A stretch of 62,984 nt of DNA, counting the filler, from Hausera hauseri (Eukaryota): NCBI GenBank assembly GCA_046269625.1. It is 12 parts of 12 records of this genome, joined end to end, with 100 filler letters (N's around TTAATTAATTAA, not from the genome) between each part and the next. Parts side by side here need not be neighbours in the genome. Positions count along the whole stretch, not along the records: positions 13,281 to 19,776 come from JBJURY010093654.1; positions 19,877 to 24,999 come from JBJURY010328827.1; 10 more parts are not named here. The stretch is one strand, 5' to 3'. Each line of letters starts with the position of its first letter. Position 1 is the first letter of the stretch. The position numbers were made by a program, and so were the translations under genes. The notes under the pieces are model-generated. The model had not been told where the DNA came from. It did no database searches and worked only from the letters and a program-made list of their open reading frames with translations. This document shows positions 13,675-25,099 of the stretch, piece after piece.

Positions 13675-15362
13675 CATATATAAGGGGACAGAGTTAAGGG
13701 CCACCTTAATATATAACATATGTTATTTTTTCGGGAACTGAACAACAAAAATCTGGTATGGACCGAGTCTTGAAACGAAACATTTGAAGCAATGAAAATG
13801 GCTTTGTCGTCTCCACCAATACTAGGGTTCGAAAACTTCAAGAAGGAATTTATTCTGGATACCAAAGCTAGCTTTGATACGATTGGATCAATATTATCAC
13901 AGAAAGACAGCAAGAACAGGAAATATTGATTGCATATGGATAACACGGAATGAATAATCACAAAAAGGTCTATTGCATTACACGGAAGGAGTTGCTACCT
14001 ATTCTGTCAACATTTTAATCACCACTTGTATAGGAGAAGGTTTACACTAATAACGGATCACAAGGCCATTACCTTCACTTTGAAAAAGAAAAAGCCGATA
14101 ACGGCACAATTCCAAACCTGGATAAACTATTTATCAAGTCTAGACATAAGACTGGAATACATGAAAGGAACAGATCACGCAAACGCCGACATGCTATCCC
14201 GGACCAATTGCGGCACATGCAGCCAATGCATGTTAGCTCACGAAGAGGCCAAAACCCACAAGATCAAGACTCGAAGGATAAACGCAGTAGAATTGACAGA
14301 AGCATATCCATATCAAAAAGACAGCAAAGAAATTGAAGAAATAAAAGAAGACATCTCAAAGAAAGAGCATTGGAAATTCATAGTAGAAAATGGCATAGTA
14401 AAGACACGAAAAGGCAAGATATGGATACCAACGGATAAGAGGGGAGAAACGATAAAGCAATGCAACGCCATGCTATCTCATGTCGGAATAGAAAAAGTAA
14501 CAAAATACATAAGCAGTAACTACGATATGACAAACATACAAGACACCGTCAAGGAAGTGATTGGACGCTGTGAGCCATGTCAACGAAACAAGACCGTGAC
14601 AACGGGTACGAAGGAAAAGACCCTGAGACTCACTGCAAACGAGCCATTCGAGAAGATCTACATTGACATTTGCGGACCGTTAAAAGAAACCTGTAGGAAG
14701 AAAAAATACACATTGGCCATCATAGACCAGTTTAGCAGATATATATCACTATCGGCAATAGCAAAACAGAACGAAGTAACAATAAAAAATACCGTGCTGA
14801 AGACTCGGATTATCAAATTTGTCACACCGAAAGAGATACACACAGATTGCGGAAAAGCATTTGAATCTAAGGTATTTAGAGAGATGGCGGCGTCAATGGA
14901 CATCAAGATGTGCTATTCGAGCCCTATCATCACAACACCAATGGCATAATAGAAAGGCAATTCCGGACAATTATAAAATATATAGGTGCGACTCTCCACG
15001 ATCGACGACGAACAGATTGGGAAGAGACACTACCAGAGATAGAATTTACACTGGATGCGACAGTTCAGAAAACAACATGGAATAGCCCAGCAGAAATAAT
15101 ATTTGGAAGAAAAATACGTAGAGAGATGGCATGGACAGGATAAACCAGTGGAATCAACAAAGAGCAACGACCCAGAAAGTATACCAATAAAAAGGGTATT
15201 CCAGGTTGGATACAGACTAATACAGAGGGAATCAGGAGCAAAAGATAAAGACAAGTATGAAGGGTCATACGAAGTAACCAACGATATGTACTGCAACCCG
15301 CGGACGGCAGAATTTTAGAAAAAATGTGGAGAAACTGCAAAAATTCTTAAAGGAGGAGAAGG
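13675..15362 (+). mobile_element. Ty3/Gypsy pol 3' half (RNase H, integrase) ending in a polypurine tract
   Basis: FILDT.AS...IGSIL, TRKELL, FTLITDHKA, HANADMLSR, SHVG...CEPC, IYIDICGP, IHTDCGKAF, PYHHNTNGIIER, YEGSY. PPT AAAGGAGGAGAAGG at 15349-15362. Confidence 0.93.
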
Positions 15363-15541
15363 TGAGGAGGAATTCAAACGGATATTAAGGTTTAAATTTA
15401 ATTCAAAGGTAATTCAGTAAACAGCCAACCGAAAGCCAGGAAAATCAAAAAAGAAGGAAAATAAGGCCATTTCCCCAATGAAGGAGATAAATGTTATATA
15501 AACTTTTATAATAAATATCTTATGCATAAATCAATCTTACA
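15363..15541 (+). repeat. Putative LTR of the Gypsy element
   Basis: Starts TG immediately after the PPT, contains TATATAA and AATAAA, ends ...TCTTACA. The right boundary is inferred. Confidence 0.55.
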
Positions 15542-15628
15542 ACCATTAGTGACGTTGGGGTCGGGATGATAGAGACACGATCTACTCACATAGCGATCAA
15601 TGCTTAAAGAGACTTCTTCGAGAAGAAA

Positions 15629-16126
15629 TTGATGACAAAGGAAGGTGACAACGTGGAAACCTTTATTGGAAAATGCGAGAGATACTTCAACTTCATAAAG
15701 ATGTCGGAGGCGGATCGGGAAACGGCGGTCCTGTGCCTATTGGCGGATGAAGCACAGGAAAAATATTATTTGGTGAGCCAGAAAGTGAAAGGTTATCAAA
15801 ACCGGTTGAGAAGGGCCTTTGCAAAACCCACAACGCTGTGCGGAGATCTGCGGGAAGCACTGGACTACAGAATAAATGGGGCAGAACCGGACGCATACTT
15901 CTACAAAATCGAACAGTTGGTGAAGGGCCTCCTTAGCCACAAAATAACAGCGGAAGCTCTAACAGAGGAATTAATGATCCACTGTTGCGACAATCCAGAA
16001 ATTAGAAAGGAAGTCTACCACAGTGACGAAAAATGCGTCGAACAAATCAAAGAGAAAACACGGAAAGTCCACGAAGTGGCAACAAAGACGAAAGAAATAA
16101 ACACAGTCAGAGAATACACTAGATAG
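15629..16126 (+). CDS. Retrotransposon Gag (capsid-like), 3'-truncated
   Basis: DNVETFIGKCERYF...LCLLADEAQEKY resembles Gypsy gag N-termini, and it lies just downstream of the LTR. Confidence 0.6.
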   Translation: MMTKEGDNVETFIGKCERYFNFIKMSEADRETAVLCLLADEAQEKYYLVSQKVKGYQNRLRRAFAKPTTLCGDLREALDYRINGAEPDAYFYKIEQLVKGLLSHKITAEALTEELMIHCCDNPEIRKEVYHSDEKCVEQIKEKTRKVHEVATKTKEINTVREYTR

Positions 16127-16459
16127 GGTCGCCGGAGTTACCGCGATGTGGCGGTGCACAAATTTGACAAACCAAGACAGAAAAGGAAGAATTTCAAACT
16201 GCACAATACGCAGGCAACGTGTTGTAATTTCTTTTCCCATTATTGGTATGTAAACATTCTTGATCAATATCAAAAAGAACGAAATTCCTTTCTCGTACAA
16301 TCTACACATTTACCATTTCTTATCCGTGTCAAGAACAATCAAAAGTTTGTCCCACCTGTCAGTTAAGCCTGTTCTACAGGCAGGCATCCCTAAGTTAAGG
16401 AGAGTAATAAGAGTAGTGGAAACAAAGGAAGAAGCAGATACTTTTTCAAAGGAAAGCTA

Positions 16460-17070
16460 ATGGAAGAGTTCTCAATAAAATTCAAACTAAAAGCCTATAC
16501 AAATCGTATCGAAATAGCATTTTCTCCAGAAATGAAAGAATAGGAAATTAAAATAAAATGTACCGGTGTCCACACAAAAATTGAAATCAAATATATCAAA
16601 AGTAAACGAAATTTTTGCGAAGGTCTAATACCGGATACAAATTACCTAGTGTCAATAAAGACACAGGATAAGTCAAAACTTGTGACAATAAAACGTTACA
16701 TATGACGGACCGATATCGGAACATAAGGGACAACGACGAAGACGAGAAACTGAGAGTAACTACAGCCACGCCAAGTACAATAGATATGTGCTTCACACGA
16801 TATTGTGGATATTCGTTATAATGACTAGTACTGGTATAGTCGTGATTTTAATGGTAACATGGGAGGAAAATGAAATACAGAAACAGAAGGACTTACGAAT
16901 CGCATTACTCGGTAATCCGAAGTAATAAATTATATACGACTTCCAAATCGTACTCAGTTGAAGAAATAAGGAAGGAAAATAAGGAAACGCAAGACATTTC
17001 AAACACAATACCGACAATAGTAGATAGGAATGAAAACACACTTTTTGTTTTGTACCTACATTGTTTGTAG
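16460..17070 (+). pseudogene. Decayed type-I membrane protein: FN3-like domain, TM helix, Tyr-containing tail
   Basis: KAYTNRIEIAFSP...CEGLIPDTNYLVSIKT (FN3-like GLxPxTxYxV). Hydrophobic TILWIFVIMTSTGIVVILMVTW in another frame, then RRTYESHYSVI. Confidence 0.4.
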
Positions 17071-17856
17071 GATTAATTGGAAGTAATTCTAATGATTAAC
17101 TTAAATACAACTTTACGAACTACATACCATTTGTAATAATTGGATTAATCACAATCATCCATATTGTTATCATCTTAATCTTAACCACTCAAAGAAAGCC
17201 TAACTCAAGGGAAAATATTGGCCAACTAATCAATTCAGCCTAAATGGCTAAAACCAGATTAGAAGAATTAATAAGCCACTTTATATCTGATAAAATGTCA
17301 AGAAATCAATTCAATCTAGATCCGAAACTCGGAAGAAGAATTCAAGACCGACTTGGTACCGCTCCCGAATTGGGAAGCAAAGATAAAGGAACCTGCCATA
17401 AAGGAATACGAAAGTTTAGTACTGCTCAGAAATCCATGACTTACTTATTTTATGATAAAGTAATTGCTCATGTGGTTGAATCTACCGACCGCATAAGCAA
17501 AGTATAACAGATACCTAATGCCTTGAAATACGGAGAACTTCGCAATCGCGAAATACTTCCCTTCAAGATGCTTAATTCAGAGAAAACAATGGGATAACTA
17601 TTCACGTCGCACTAAGATCATGATGATATTCCGAAAACTCAGAGAAGAAAGATACATAGGAAACAATCAGTCAACAGGAATCTTGTAAGATAAATGACCC
17701 CATTGATCAAACCCGGACACGATTCATTGCAAAGGAAATGTTAACAATGAATGATTGAGATCCTTAGAAAGGAGAAAGTATATTCGACACCAACTCCATT
17801 ATAATACAAGGTAAAACCTACCGAAGAATTATTGAATGAACCAAACATCTTATTAA

Positions 17857-19776
17857 CCCTTTCAGGGACATTAATGTCATATGGAAAAAAAATAAAATTT
17901 GTCTAATTAACTCACTGCAGTCACGCGAGACGTGAACTGCATGTAGGACATGATTGCACGCAACCATACACAAAAAATTGGTTTTTGTATTCTATGGCGT
18001 GATGGTAAGGCGGGGCCGGAACAACGGCCCGCGAAAAGTGCTGTCAAAGTAGGAAGCTATTATGTCTAAGTTTGATAACGGTCATCGGTTTTTTCATGTT
18101 TCAGAAAATTAAATCCAAGTTAATATTGATTAGTACGCAAAAATTAGATTCGCATAATTTAGACACAGAAAATTAATATTTGTTGCCATATGGCAATAAT
18201 GTCATAATATTCAATCAATCATTATTTGATATGTATTATTAGCACTTGTTTTTATTTCTTTGACGATAGTGTATCAATACTTATTTCTTACATTGAAAAT
18301 GTCATTGTATTTTGAAGATTTGGGCTTCTACGTTTTTGGCTATCACAAAGATCAACGGAGATGTATCGGAAAGTGAATCTATCAAAGGAGACTATTTCAG
18401 ATACACCTGAATGGCGCTGCGAAAGGCATAAAGTGGTGTAGACACTTGCAGCCAAAGTTTCCTGATGAAGTGCCTACAGACAACTTTACGGAACCACAAA
18501 ATACGGATTTATTGCCATCTCATGAATATTCCTCATTATTTTTGAAACCAGAAATGATTAAAATTTTGACTGAGCAAACAAACTTTTATTCTGTTCAGGA
18601 AACTGGTGACTCAATTGCTTGCACAGTTGCGCAAATGGAAAAATTCATTGGCATTCTTTTCCTATCTGGTGTGACTCAGTTTCCATCTCACAGATTATAG
18701 TGGAACACGCATATGCGTTTCAATCAGATCGCTGATATAATGGGATTAAAACTATGTAAGAAAATAAAGAAATATTTTCATATTAATGACAACATCAATT
18801 AGAAAAGATCTCGTGAAGACGGATATGATCCGTTGTTTAAGGTTCGTCCATTACTCGATCATGTGCGCAATAACTGTAGAACAATCGAACCAGAAGCACC
18901 TCAGTGTGTTGATGAACAAATAATAAAGTTCCAGGGAAGAAGTCGTATGAAAAAATATTTGCCTAACAAACCTACTATATGGGGATATAGGGTAATTGCA
19001 CGTTGCGGCAAATCTTGGTTAATCTATGATATTCATATCCAATCTGATAAGTTTGAAAGTCCGCAACACTCCCTGGACTACTGTGCAGATGTTGTGTGCA
19101 AGCTTTGTGAAACTCTTCCAACAACGCAAAATATCTTTTTGTACTGACAGTTTTTACATTACAATATCCTTGTTGAAAAAGTTAAGCGAACGGCAGATTT
19201 TTGTTACAGGTACCATCAATTATAATCAATTGTCCAAATGCCCATTCAAGTCCAATAAGGAATTACGTCGTGGTGAATCAGACATGCTAATTGATACGGA
19301 AAGTGGGGTTTGCGTTGTGAAATGGTTTGGCAGCAGGTCTCTTATTTTAGCATAAACCAGCTTTGGTCAACTACCAACCGATGAATGTGATTGATTCTGC
19401 AGGAAAACAAAGCAAATAATTAAAGTTACACGGCCAGCAGTTGTCCAATCTTATAATAAAAATATGGGAGGTATGAATTTGTTTGACATGATGTGCCTGT
19501 AGTCAACGGTTGGTTACTGATGCGAAGAAACGCAAAGCAACTAAACCTACAGGAAAAGTCAATTGTTCCACGGTTGGACTTTACGTTTCATATTAACAGT
19601 ACATTGAGAACATCTGATATAACTGCTCAACGAAATTGTGGTCGACCTAGTAGTGACGCATGGAATCCTCTTGTTGACGCCCTTTTCCTATCAAAAAAGC
19701 CGAGTCACTATTCAGCCAAATTTTGATTCAAGAAAAAACAAAACCGAACAGTGGCCAGTATACAGCACGAAAAGTG
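17857..19776 (+). mobile_element. piggyBac (PGBD-like) DNA transposon, decayed, right end missing
   Basis: TTAA target (17853-17856) followed by a CCCT terminus. KVRPLLD, VDEQIIKFQGR..KKYLPNKPTIWG, TDSFY, YNKNMGG..LFD. Confidence 0.92.
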
Positions 19777-19876
19777 NNNNNNNNNNNNNNNNNNNNNNNN
19801 NNNNNNNNNNNNNNNNNNNNTTAATTAATTAANNNNNNNNNNNNNNNNNNNNNNNNNNNNNNNNNNNNNNNNNNNN

Positions 19877-20134
19877 AATATATCGGTTATTGTGTCGGAT
19901 TGTCCGCAAACGACTTGAAATAAGGTTTGTTTCTTGTCGGGTAAAGTAAATACCATTGTTCTGACGTATTGTCATTGGTGAAAATGTAAATATGAATTCC
20001 GTCAAAGCCACTTCCTAGGCTTCTTGGCGTAAATTGACCGGTTGGTTCAAGTGCACGGTAAACTGTTTAGCGGTATTGTTATCATCATTTTGCGATGATG
20101 ATCTGTTACTATCAAGTACCAAATAAGTGCTCAT
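19877..20134 (-). pseudogene. Polinton minor capsid (penton) paralogue A, N-terminus
   Basis: YLVLDSN...NNTAKQFTVHLNQPVNL...(W)EVALTEF. Its start overlaps the integrase stop (TGATG). Confidence 0.8.
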
Positions 20135-21167
20135 CACTCAATCTGCGATGCAAAAATCCAACTCGGTGTAGTGTATCCGTGTCACTTGTCGAGATATTAT
20201 TTATTTGAACCTTGACCACGTGAACGTAGAATTTCCTGAATACGATACACATCAAGCTTTTCCGGTAGTACTTGCAGTTCCTGTTCGTAAAATTTGCCAC
20301 GTATTTCGTCACCATTTTTATCTTCTAAAACGTACATAACCGGACTTTGCTTTGTGCTGATTGCTGAAATTCGGAAAACCTCATCGCTCCAGTTCTGATT
20401 AAAATTCTTAATGAATGGTGTCGTATTCAGCTTTGAAATACATACATAATCACCGATTTTATACTTTGGACGACGTTTAATTGCCTGTCGTCCTCGCTGG
20501 GTTCGGTTGTTTTGATAAAGCCAGATGTCCACATCATCAGTTACGTCAACCGGCCATAATCCATTGATGCCACGATGTGTCGAATGATTGTATGCATGAA
20601 TAATATCCGGCAGTACATCTACTCAACGTTTGTTGCCTTGCATCGTAAAGAATTTGTTTAGGCGACCACGCAATGTTCCATTAAATCGTTCATCCAGTGC
20701 AGCCTTGTATTGGAAAAACACCGAGTAGTAATTTACACAGAACCGTTTCAAGACCACTGCAGCGTGGATGTTGTAGAATTCCTTACCCAAATACGTTTGT
20801 AAATGTTTTGGTTGTTGTTATTGTATCAGTGTTGTTGTGCAAAACGACTAAACACATCAACGCATGTCAGCACATACCGATACTTATCGTTGATGCTGGC
20901 GTACGCTATCATTTCCATCAGATGCATTTTCCATACGTTATTTACATCGGCAGCACGGTATGCACGAGTTGGAAACCTCTTTCTTATCGGTTTGTTTAAA
21001 ATGTATGCTAACTGTTTCCCTAGGCAACTTTGGGTCTGTTGCCGAGTCTGTTTGACAGTTTTTGCCAGTTTGTCAAAGCCAGTATACCCGACGGGATGAC
21101 GCGGGTCGAACCATACGTTGCCTATCGGTGTTGTTTTCTTCGTCGATGGTGCCGGTTTTGCTTGAAT
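20134..21167 (-). pseudogene. Polinton rve integrase with C-terminal chromodomain
   Basis: WFDPRHPVGY, VWKMHL.EM, YVLTCVDVFSRFA, LGKEFYN, YNHSTHRGI, NWSDEVFRI, GKFYEQELQ, YRIQEIL. Confidence 0.92.
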
Positions 21168-21382
21168 TGCAACAATTAGAACTAAACGTAAATGAAAGAT
21201 TAGGTAAACTGGGGCAAAGTGATGAAAACCATGCACCCATTGCGACGAATAATTATATACTTACCGTCATTGTTTATACTATGCTGTAGAGCCAATGTGT
21301 TTACTCAGTTATGACGTGACAATCGGTACAATTGCATTAAGTACGTATTGTGGACGTATTGATGCTGATGAGACGTAGTTGT

Positions 21383-21601
21383 TTATAACCGTTGCCACTG
21401 TGACGGTAATTTGCGTCTAGTTGTTGTTGTTGTTCGAAGCACAGAAGTGATTAATCGCTTGGCTGTCGCGGTTCGTTTTGATACACGTTTTTCGCCGGAT
21501 ATCGGCATGGTAGGTTTGAGTTTAACAATAGTTTTTCGGAAATTCTTTATTTTATCACAATCATGTCGTCGATTTTTGAATTTGTTTATAGACACATACA
21601 C
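21383..21601 (-). CDS. Small basic Polinton protein of unknown function
   Basis: K/R-rich 72-aa ORF directly downstream of the ATPase. A homologous sequence is at 53645-53785. Confidence 0.45.
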   Translation of the reverse strand: MYVSINKFKNRRHDCDKIKNFRKTIVKLKPTMPISGEKRVSKRTATAKRLITSVLRTTTTTRRKLPSQWQRL

Positions 21602-22211
21602 CCACTCTTCTGATTGAAAATGTATGTTCGTACACGCATGTCATCGGGTCTCTGTTGTGTAAAGGCAATAAACAGATATCCATGCGGTTTTTTCGTAGCA
21701 TCATGATATGCATCTATTAAGTAGGCTCGGTTGTGAGGACATGCTTGTCGTGCAACATAATCAATGATAGTCTGATCACGGGGATTTTTGAACAACACCA
21801 AACAGTGTACGTTTAGATTTCTTATTCGATGCTGTCCGCCCTGATAGAAAATGTTTTGCGTAATGAAAATGACCGTTACGCCACGGTGTCGTGCAATCTT
21901 CGTGAACAGGTTGTTTAAATCCGATTGTTTCGCGGCTTCATGAAATAAATCATTGATGACAATAGCAACACCGTTGTGTAATCTCTCTGACCAGTTCTCA
22001 TGAAACCCGTTATCGATTTCAGTTTACAAAATTCCCGATGTGTCACAACGGACTCACCATTATCACCAACACCCTGATGCCAATATATGTGATTGTACCA
22101 CGGTGAATGGAACATATCACTGTAGTTCTGTAATAGTTTCAACAGAAAGTATTTTTTGCCACTTCCACTGGGGCATATAATCTGGAAAATGGCATCATTC
22201 TGCAGCTTCAT
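21586..22211 (-). pseudogene. Polinton A32/FtsK-like packaging ATPase
   Basis: Walker A (C)PSGSGK, Walker B IVI(N)DL, RHRGVTVIFITQNIF, VLFKNPRD, DATKKPHGYLFI. Confidence 0.92.
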
Positions 22212-22318
22212 CTAAATAACAATAATAATAAAACCTTTCCTTACCACATGATTTGTTTATAATCGTGTTACACACACACATATATATATATAGCTATAGT
22301 ATAAACACTGCTTCCATA

Positions 22319-22790
22319 ATGTTACCTAATATCAATTATCGCGGACATATTACCGAGTGTGACATTAACACACTACCTTTTAATCAATGGAAGCCGAGGC
22401 AGTATGTCGTCAAGTATCCACCGGATTTTACATGTATTGTATTTCAATCGGAAAAGTGTCGTATTATGGGTTGTCGCAAACCAATCACAGAAGACAGTAA
22501 CAGTAATCTACTACCATTCGGAATTGTCATTGACCAAATCTAATCAATAACGGTAACGACTCAGTTAGACTACCACCAAACAATCAATTTGTACAAATTA
22601 GCAATGACCGCTGCTACTGAATGTACGTATGAACCCGAACTGTTTTCTGCACTTAGACTGACAATGTTTCGCCCACCTTGTGTCAATGTGTGTAGCAGTG
22701 GAAAAATTTTTATACTCGGTATTCGGACAGTGGACTATTAGCCGATTATTAATCAAATTAAAAACCACATATATCTTTTAGTAAATCAAA
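22319..22790 (+). pseudogene. TATA-binding protein (TBP)-like gene inside the Polinton
   Basis: Repeat 1 TCIVFQSEKCRIMGCR. Reading through TAA 22541 gives repeat 2 I*SITVT...INLYKLA...YEPELFSAL...CVNVCSSGKIFILGIR, which compares with TBP YEPELFPGL...LLIFVSGKVVLTGAK. Confidence 0.85.
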
Positions 22791-22852
22791 ATAATGTACT
22801 TTGCACTACAAACTGTAAATACCATTCCCATGCTCATTCAGACATTACTGCC

Positions 22853-23506
22853 ATGGAAGACGACGATGATAAAACGATTCTGCCCAATGATGATGATAGT
22901 GGTTGTGCGAATGATGAAAGTTCAGATTGGTCGTTGTTGTTTGGCGACAAAAAGGACAATTTTAATGTCAAACAATTAGAAAAACCGGGCGATCGTCGGC
23001 AGATCGATTTTCTGGAAACGAAACAGGAACTTGCTCAGAAATCATCAGCAGCGGCGAACCCGACGTTAAAAAGGCGAAATGCAATGATTGGAATATGCAA
23101 ACGAAAATCAAAACCGTCGGCACACCAAACACAGATATTTTTACCGAAACGAATTTTTCGCAAGTATGAAATGCATTTTCTGCAAACGCCCATACTAATT
23201 TTATTAAACGATCCCGTGTCTCTATGCGCACCCAAGTACAGCTATCGTGTAAAACGGCTTTCGGTTGAAAATTTGTATAAACTTTCTAATGCTCTACATC
23301 AATCAAACGTGGATTTAAAGTTGAACGAAAGGACTGTGCAACAGCAATCTGTCGATTTACCGGCGCAAAAAACAAAACTGTTTGATTTTATCGGTCGCGA
23401 AATGTCTTATGTACCCGATGATAATGGTAGTTTAAAGTGTCGACTGAATATTGAGTTGCAAGGATACAAGGAAAAGCCGGTATCAAAAGCCCGATTTGGC
23501 GTGTAA
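22853..23506 (+). CDS. Hypothetical 217-aa Polinton protein with acidic N-terminus
   Basis: Open ORF between the TBP-like gene and dUTPase, in the same frame as the TBP-like gene. No recognisable motif. Confidence 0.55.
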   Translation: MEDDDDKTILPNDDDSGCANDESSDWSLLFGDKKDNFNVKQLEKPGDRRQIDFLETKQELAQKSSAAANPTLKRRNAMIGICKRKSKPSAHQTQIFLPKRIFRKYEMHFLQTPILILLNDPVSLCAPKYSYRVKRLSVENLYKLSNALHQSNVDLKLNERTVQQQSVDLPAQKTKLFDFIGREMSYVPDDNGSLKCRLNIELQGYKEKPVSKARFGV

Positions 23507-23614
23507 CTGAACACATTNNNNNNNNNNTACTATTCTTCTTCTTCTTCTTCTTTCACCAACCCAATTAACGAGCATAAATATACGTGTTTTTTTAAAAAAA
23601 TAGGCATAAGAATA

Positions 23615-24085
23615 ATGATAATGAATGATGTAAAGATTATCTTAACAGACGAAAACGCCTTTGTACCGAGACGTGTTACAGCAAACAGTGCAGGCTACGA
23701 TGTGTTTTCCAATGTCAATACGACAATTTCCGTCAGCATAATCAAATGCATAACGACTAAAATGCGATTGGCGATTCCATCGGGTAACTACGGCCAACTT
23801 TTATCGAAAAGCGTACTGGCAAAGCTCGGATTGACAGTTGTAGACGGTGTTATTGATTCAGACTTTTGTGGTGAAATTAAGGTGTTGCTGAAAAACTAAT
23901 CCAGCGAACCGTATGCTTTTTCGAAAGCCAGTGCAAATGCACAAAACGTTTTTCTTCTCTGTGAAGAAATGGAATTCAGTGTAATGTCACCGGAACAATG
24001 GGGATTGTTTTGCATCAATGAATCGATGCGAAATGAACGCAAAGAATTTGACTTCTGTGATATGGAAAAAACCGTCTATGTTTAA
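23615..24085 (+). pseudogene. dut: Trimeric dUTPase
   Basis: SAGYDV, GQLLSKS.LA, GVIDSDFCGEIKVLL. After a premature TAA at 23897 come decayed motifs 4 and 5 (NAQ; R...EF). Confidence 0.92.
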
Positions 24086-24159
24086 TTATTACGATAATAA
24101 TAATAGTTAGTTGTTTTGCTTGTGTCATAAACAAAAAAAGATTTTGTACATGATAAGTA

Positions 24160-24619
24160 ATGGCGACAGGATTTATAGATATTGAAACGTCCCAAGATGA
24201 TAATGTCGGGTACATAATAAATGAATTATGAATTATGGATGTCGGTAACATTTTCAAACCGCTTCTGTACATACTGAAGCCCGGTATTGCGTGGAAAGAC
24301 CTGACGGAAAAAGCGAAAATTGCAAACGGATTTTGTTTNNNNNNNNNNCAATTGAATATTTTGTGCGCCGTGCATTATACAAGAGATTTGTGATCGTTTT
24401 GACATTGAAAATATAATATTTTACATTAGAGATCAAATTGACGGTCAAAGGCTTACACAACTCCATTCACAGTTTCCCGAGTTGCGAATGGCGACGTATT
24501 CAACATAAAATAGCTCACTGGCGATGGTACCTGACAATATTCAATGTCCATATCGTGATCATGGACCACACTGTGCTTACAAAAAATGCCTACGGCTTTG
24601 TATTGACTATATTTCATAA
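24160..24619 (+). pseudogene. DnaQ/DEDD-like exonuclease-fold protein with C-terminal Cys/His cluster
   Basis: MATGFIDIE...YIINELWI, VKG, CPYRDHGPHCAYKKC. Interrupted by a 10-N gap. Confidence 0.55.
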
Positions 24620-24729
24620 ATAAATGCATTTCTCTGTTTCTTTTTTCTTTCCGTAAATAAGGTTTGCCATGTTGGTCAATTGAATAATTCGAAAACTATA
24701 AATATTGGTAGGAAATATTATTAATCATC

Positions 24730-24999
24730 ATGAAAATAGTTAATCAACTGAAGCAGTTGCAAAATTTTGATGAATTATCAATTTCAGACTTGGAACGATG
24801 GTGGCAAGTAATTGATAGTGGGCTGATTGCGAGAGCAGCAGCTGATTTTGGGTTTAAAGAATATCTAGTGTCAATAGCATTGATGACAGCAAAAGATTGC
24901 AGCTCTATAGAAAATCTAATTATTGTATTAAATCAAATGTACATTCACCGATTGTACAACACAAATTACTTTAACACTGTTGAAAAGGTACGCGGTGAA
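24730..24999 (+). CDS. Hypothetical protein, truncated by the contig end
   Basis: ATG-started 90-codon open frame preceded by TATAAA (24697). Confidence 0.45.
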
Positions 25000-25099
25000 N
25001 NNNNNNNNNNNNNNNNNNNNNNNNNNNNNNNNNNNNNNNNNNNTTAATTAATTAANNNNNNNNNNNNNNNNNNNNNNNNNNNNNNNNNNNNNNNNNNNN

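Noticed and set aside
22541-22741. Alternative genetic code (TAA/TAG = Gln) suggested by stops at likely Gln positions
   Set aside because: Elsewhere stops replace Trp, Ser, Lys and others, differ between sister copies, and co-occur with frameshifts. This is ordinary decay.
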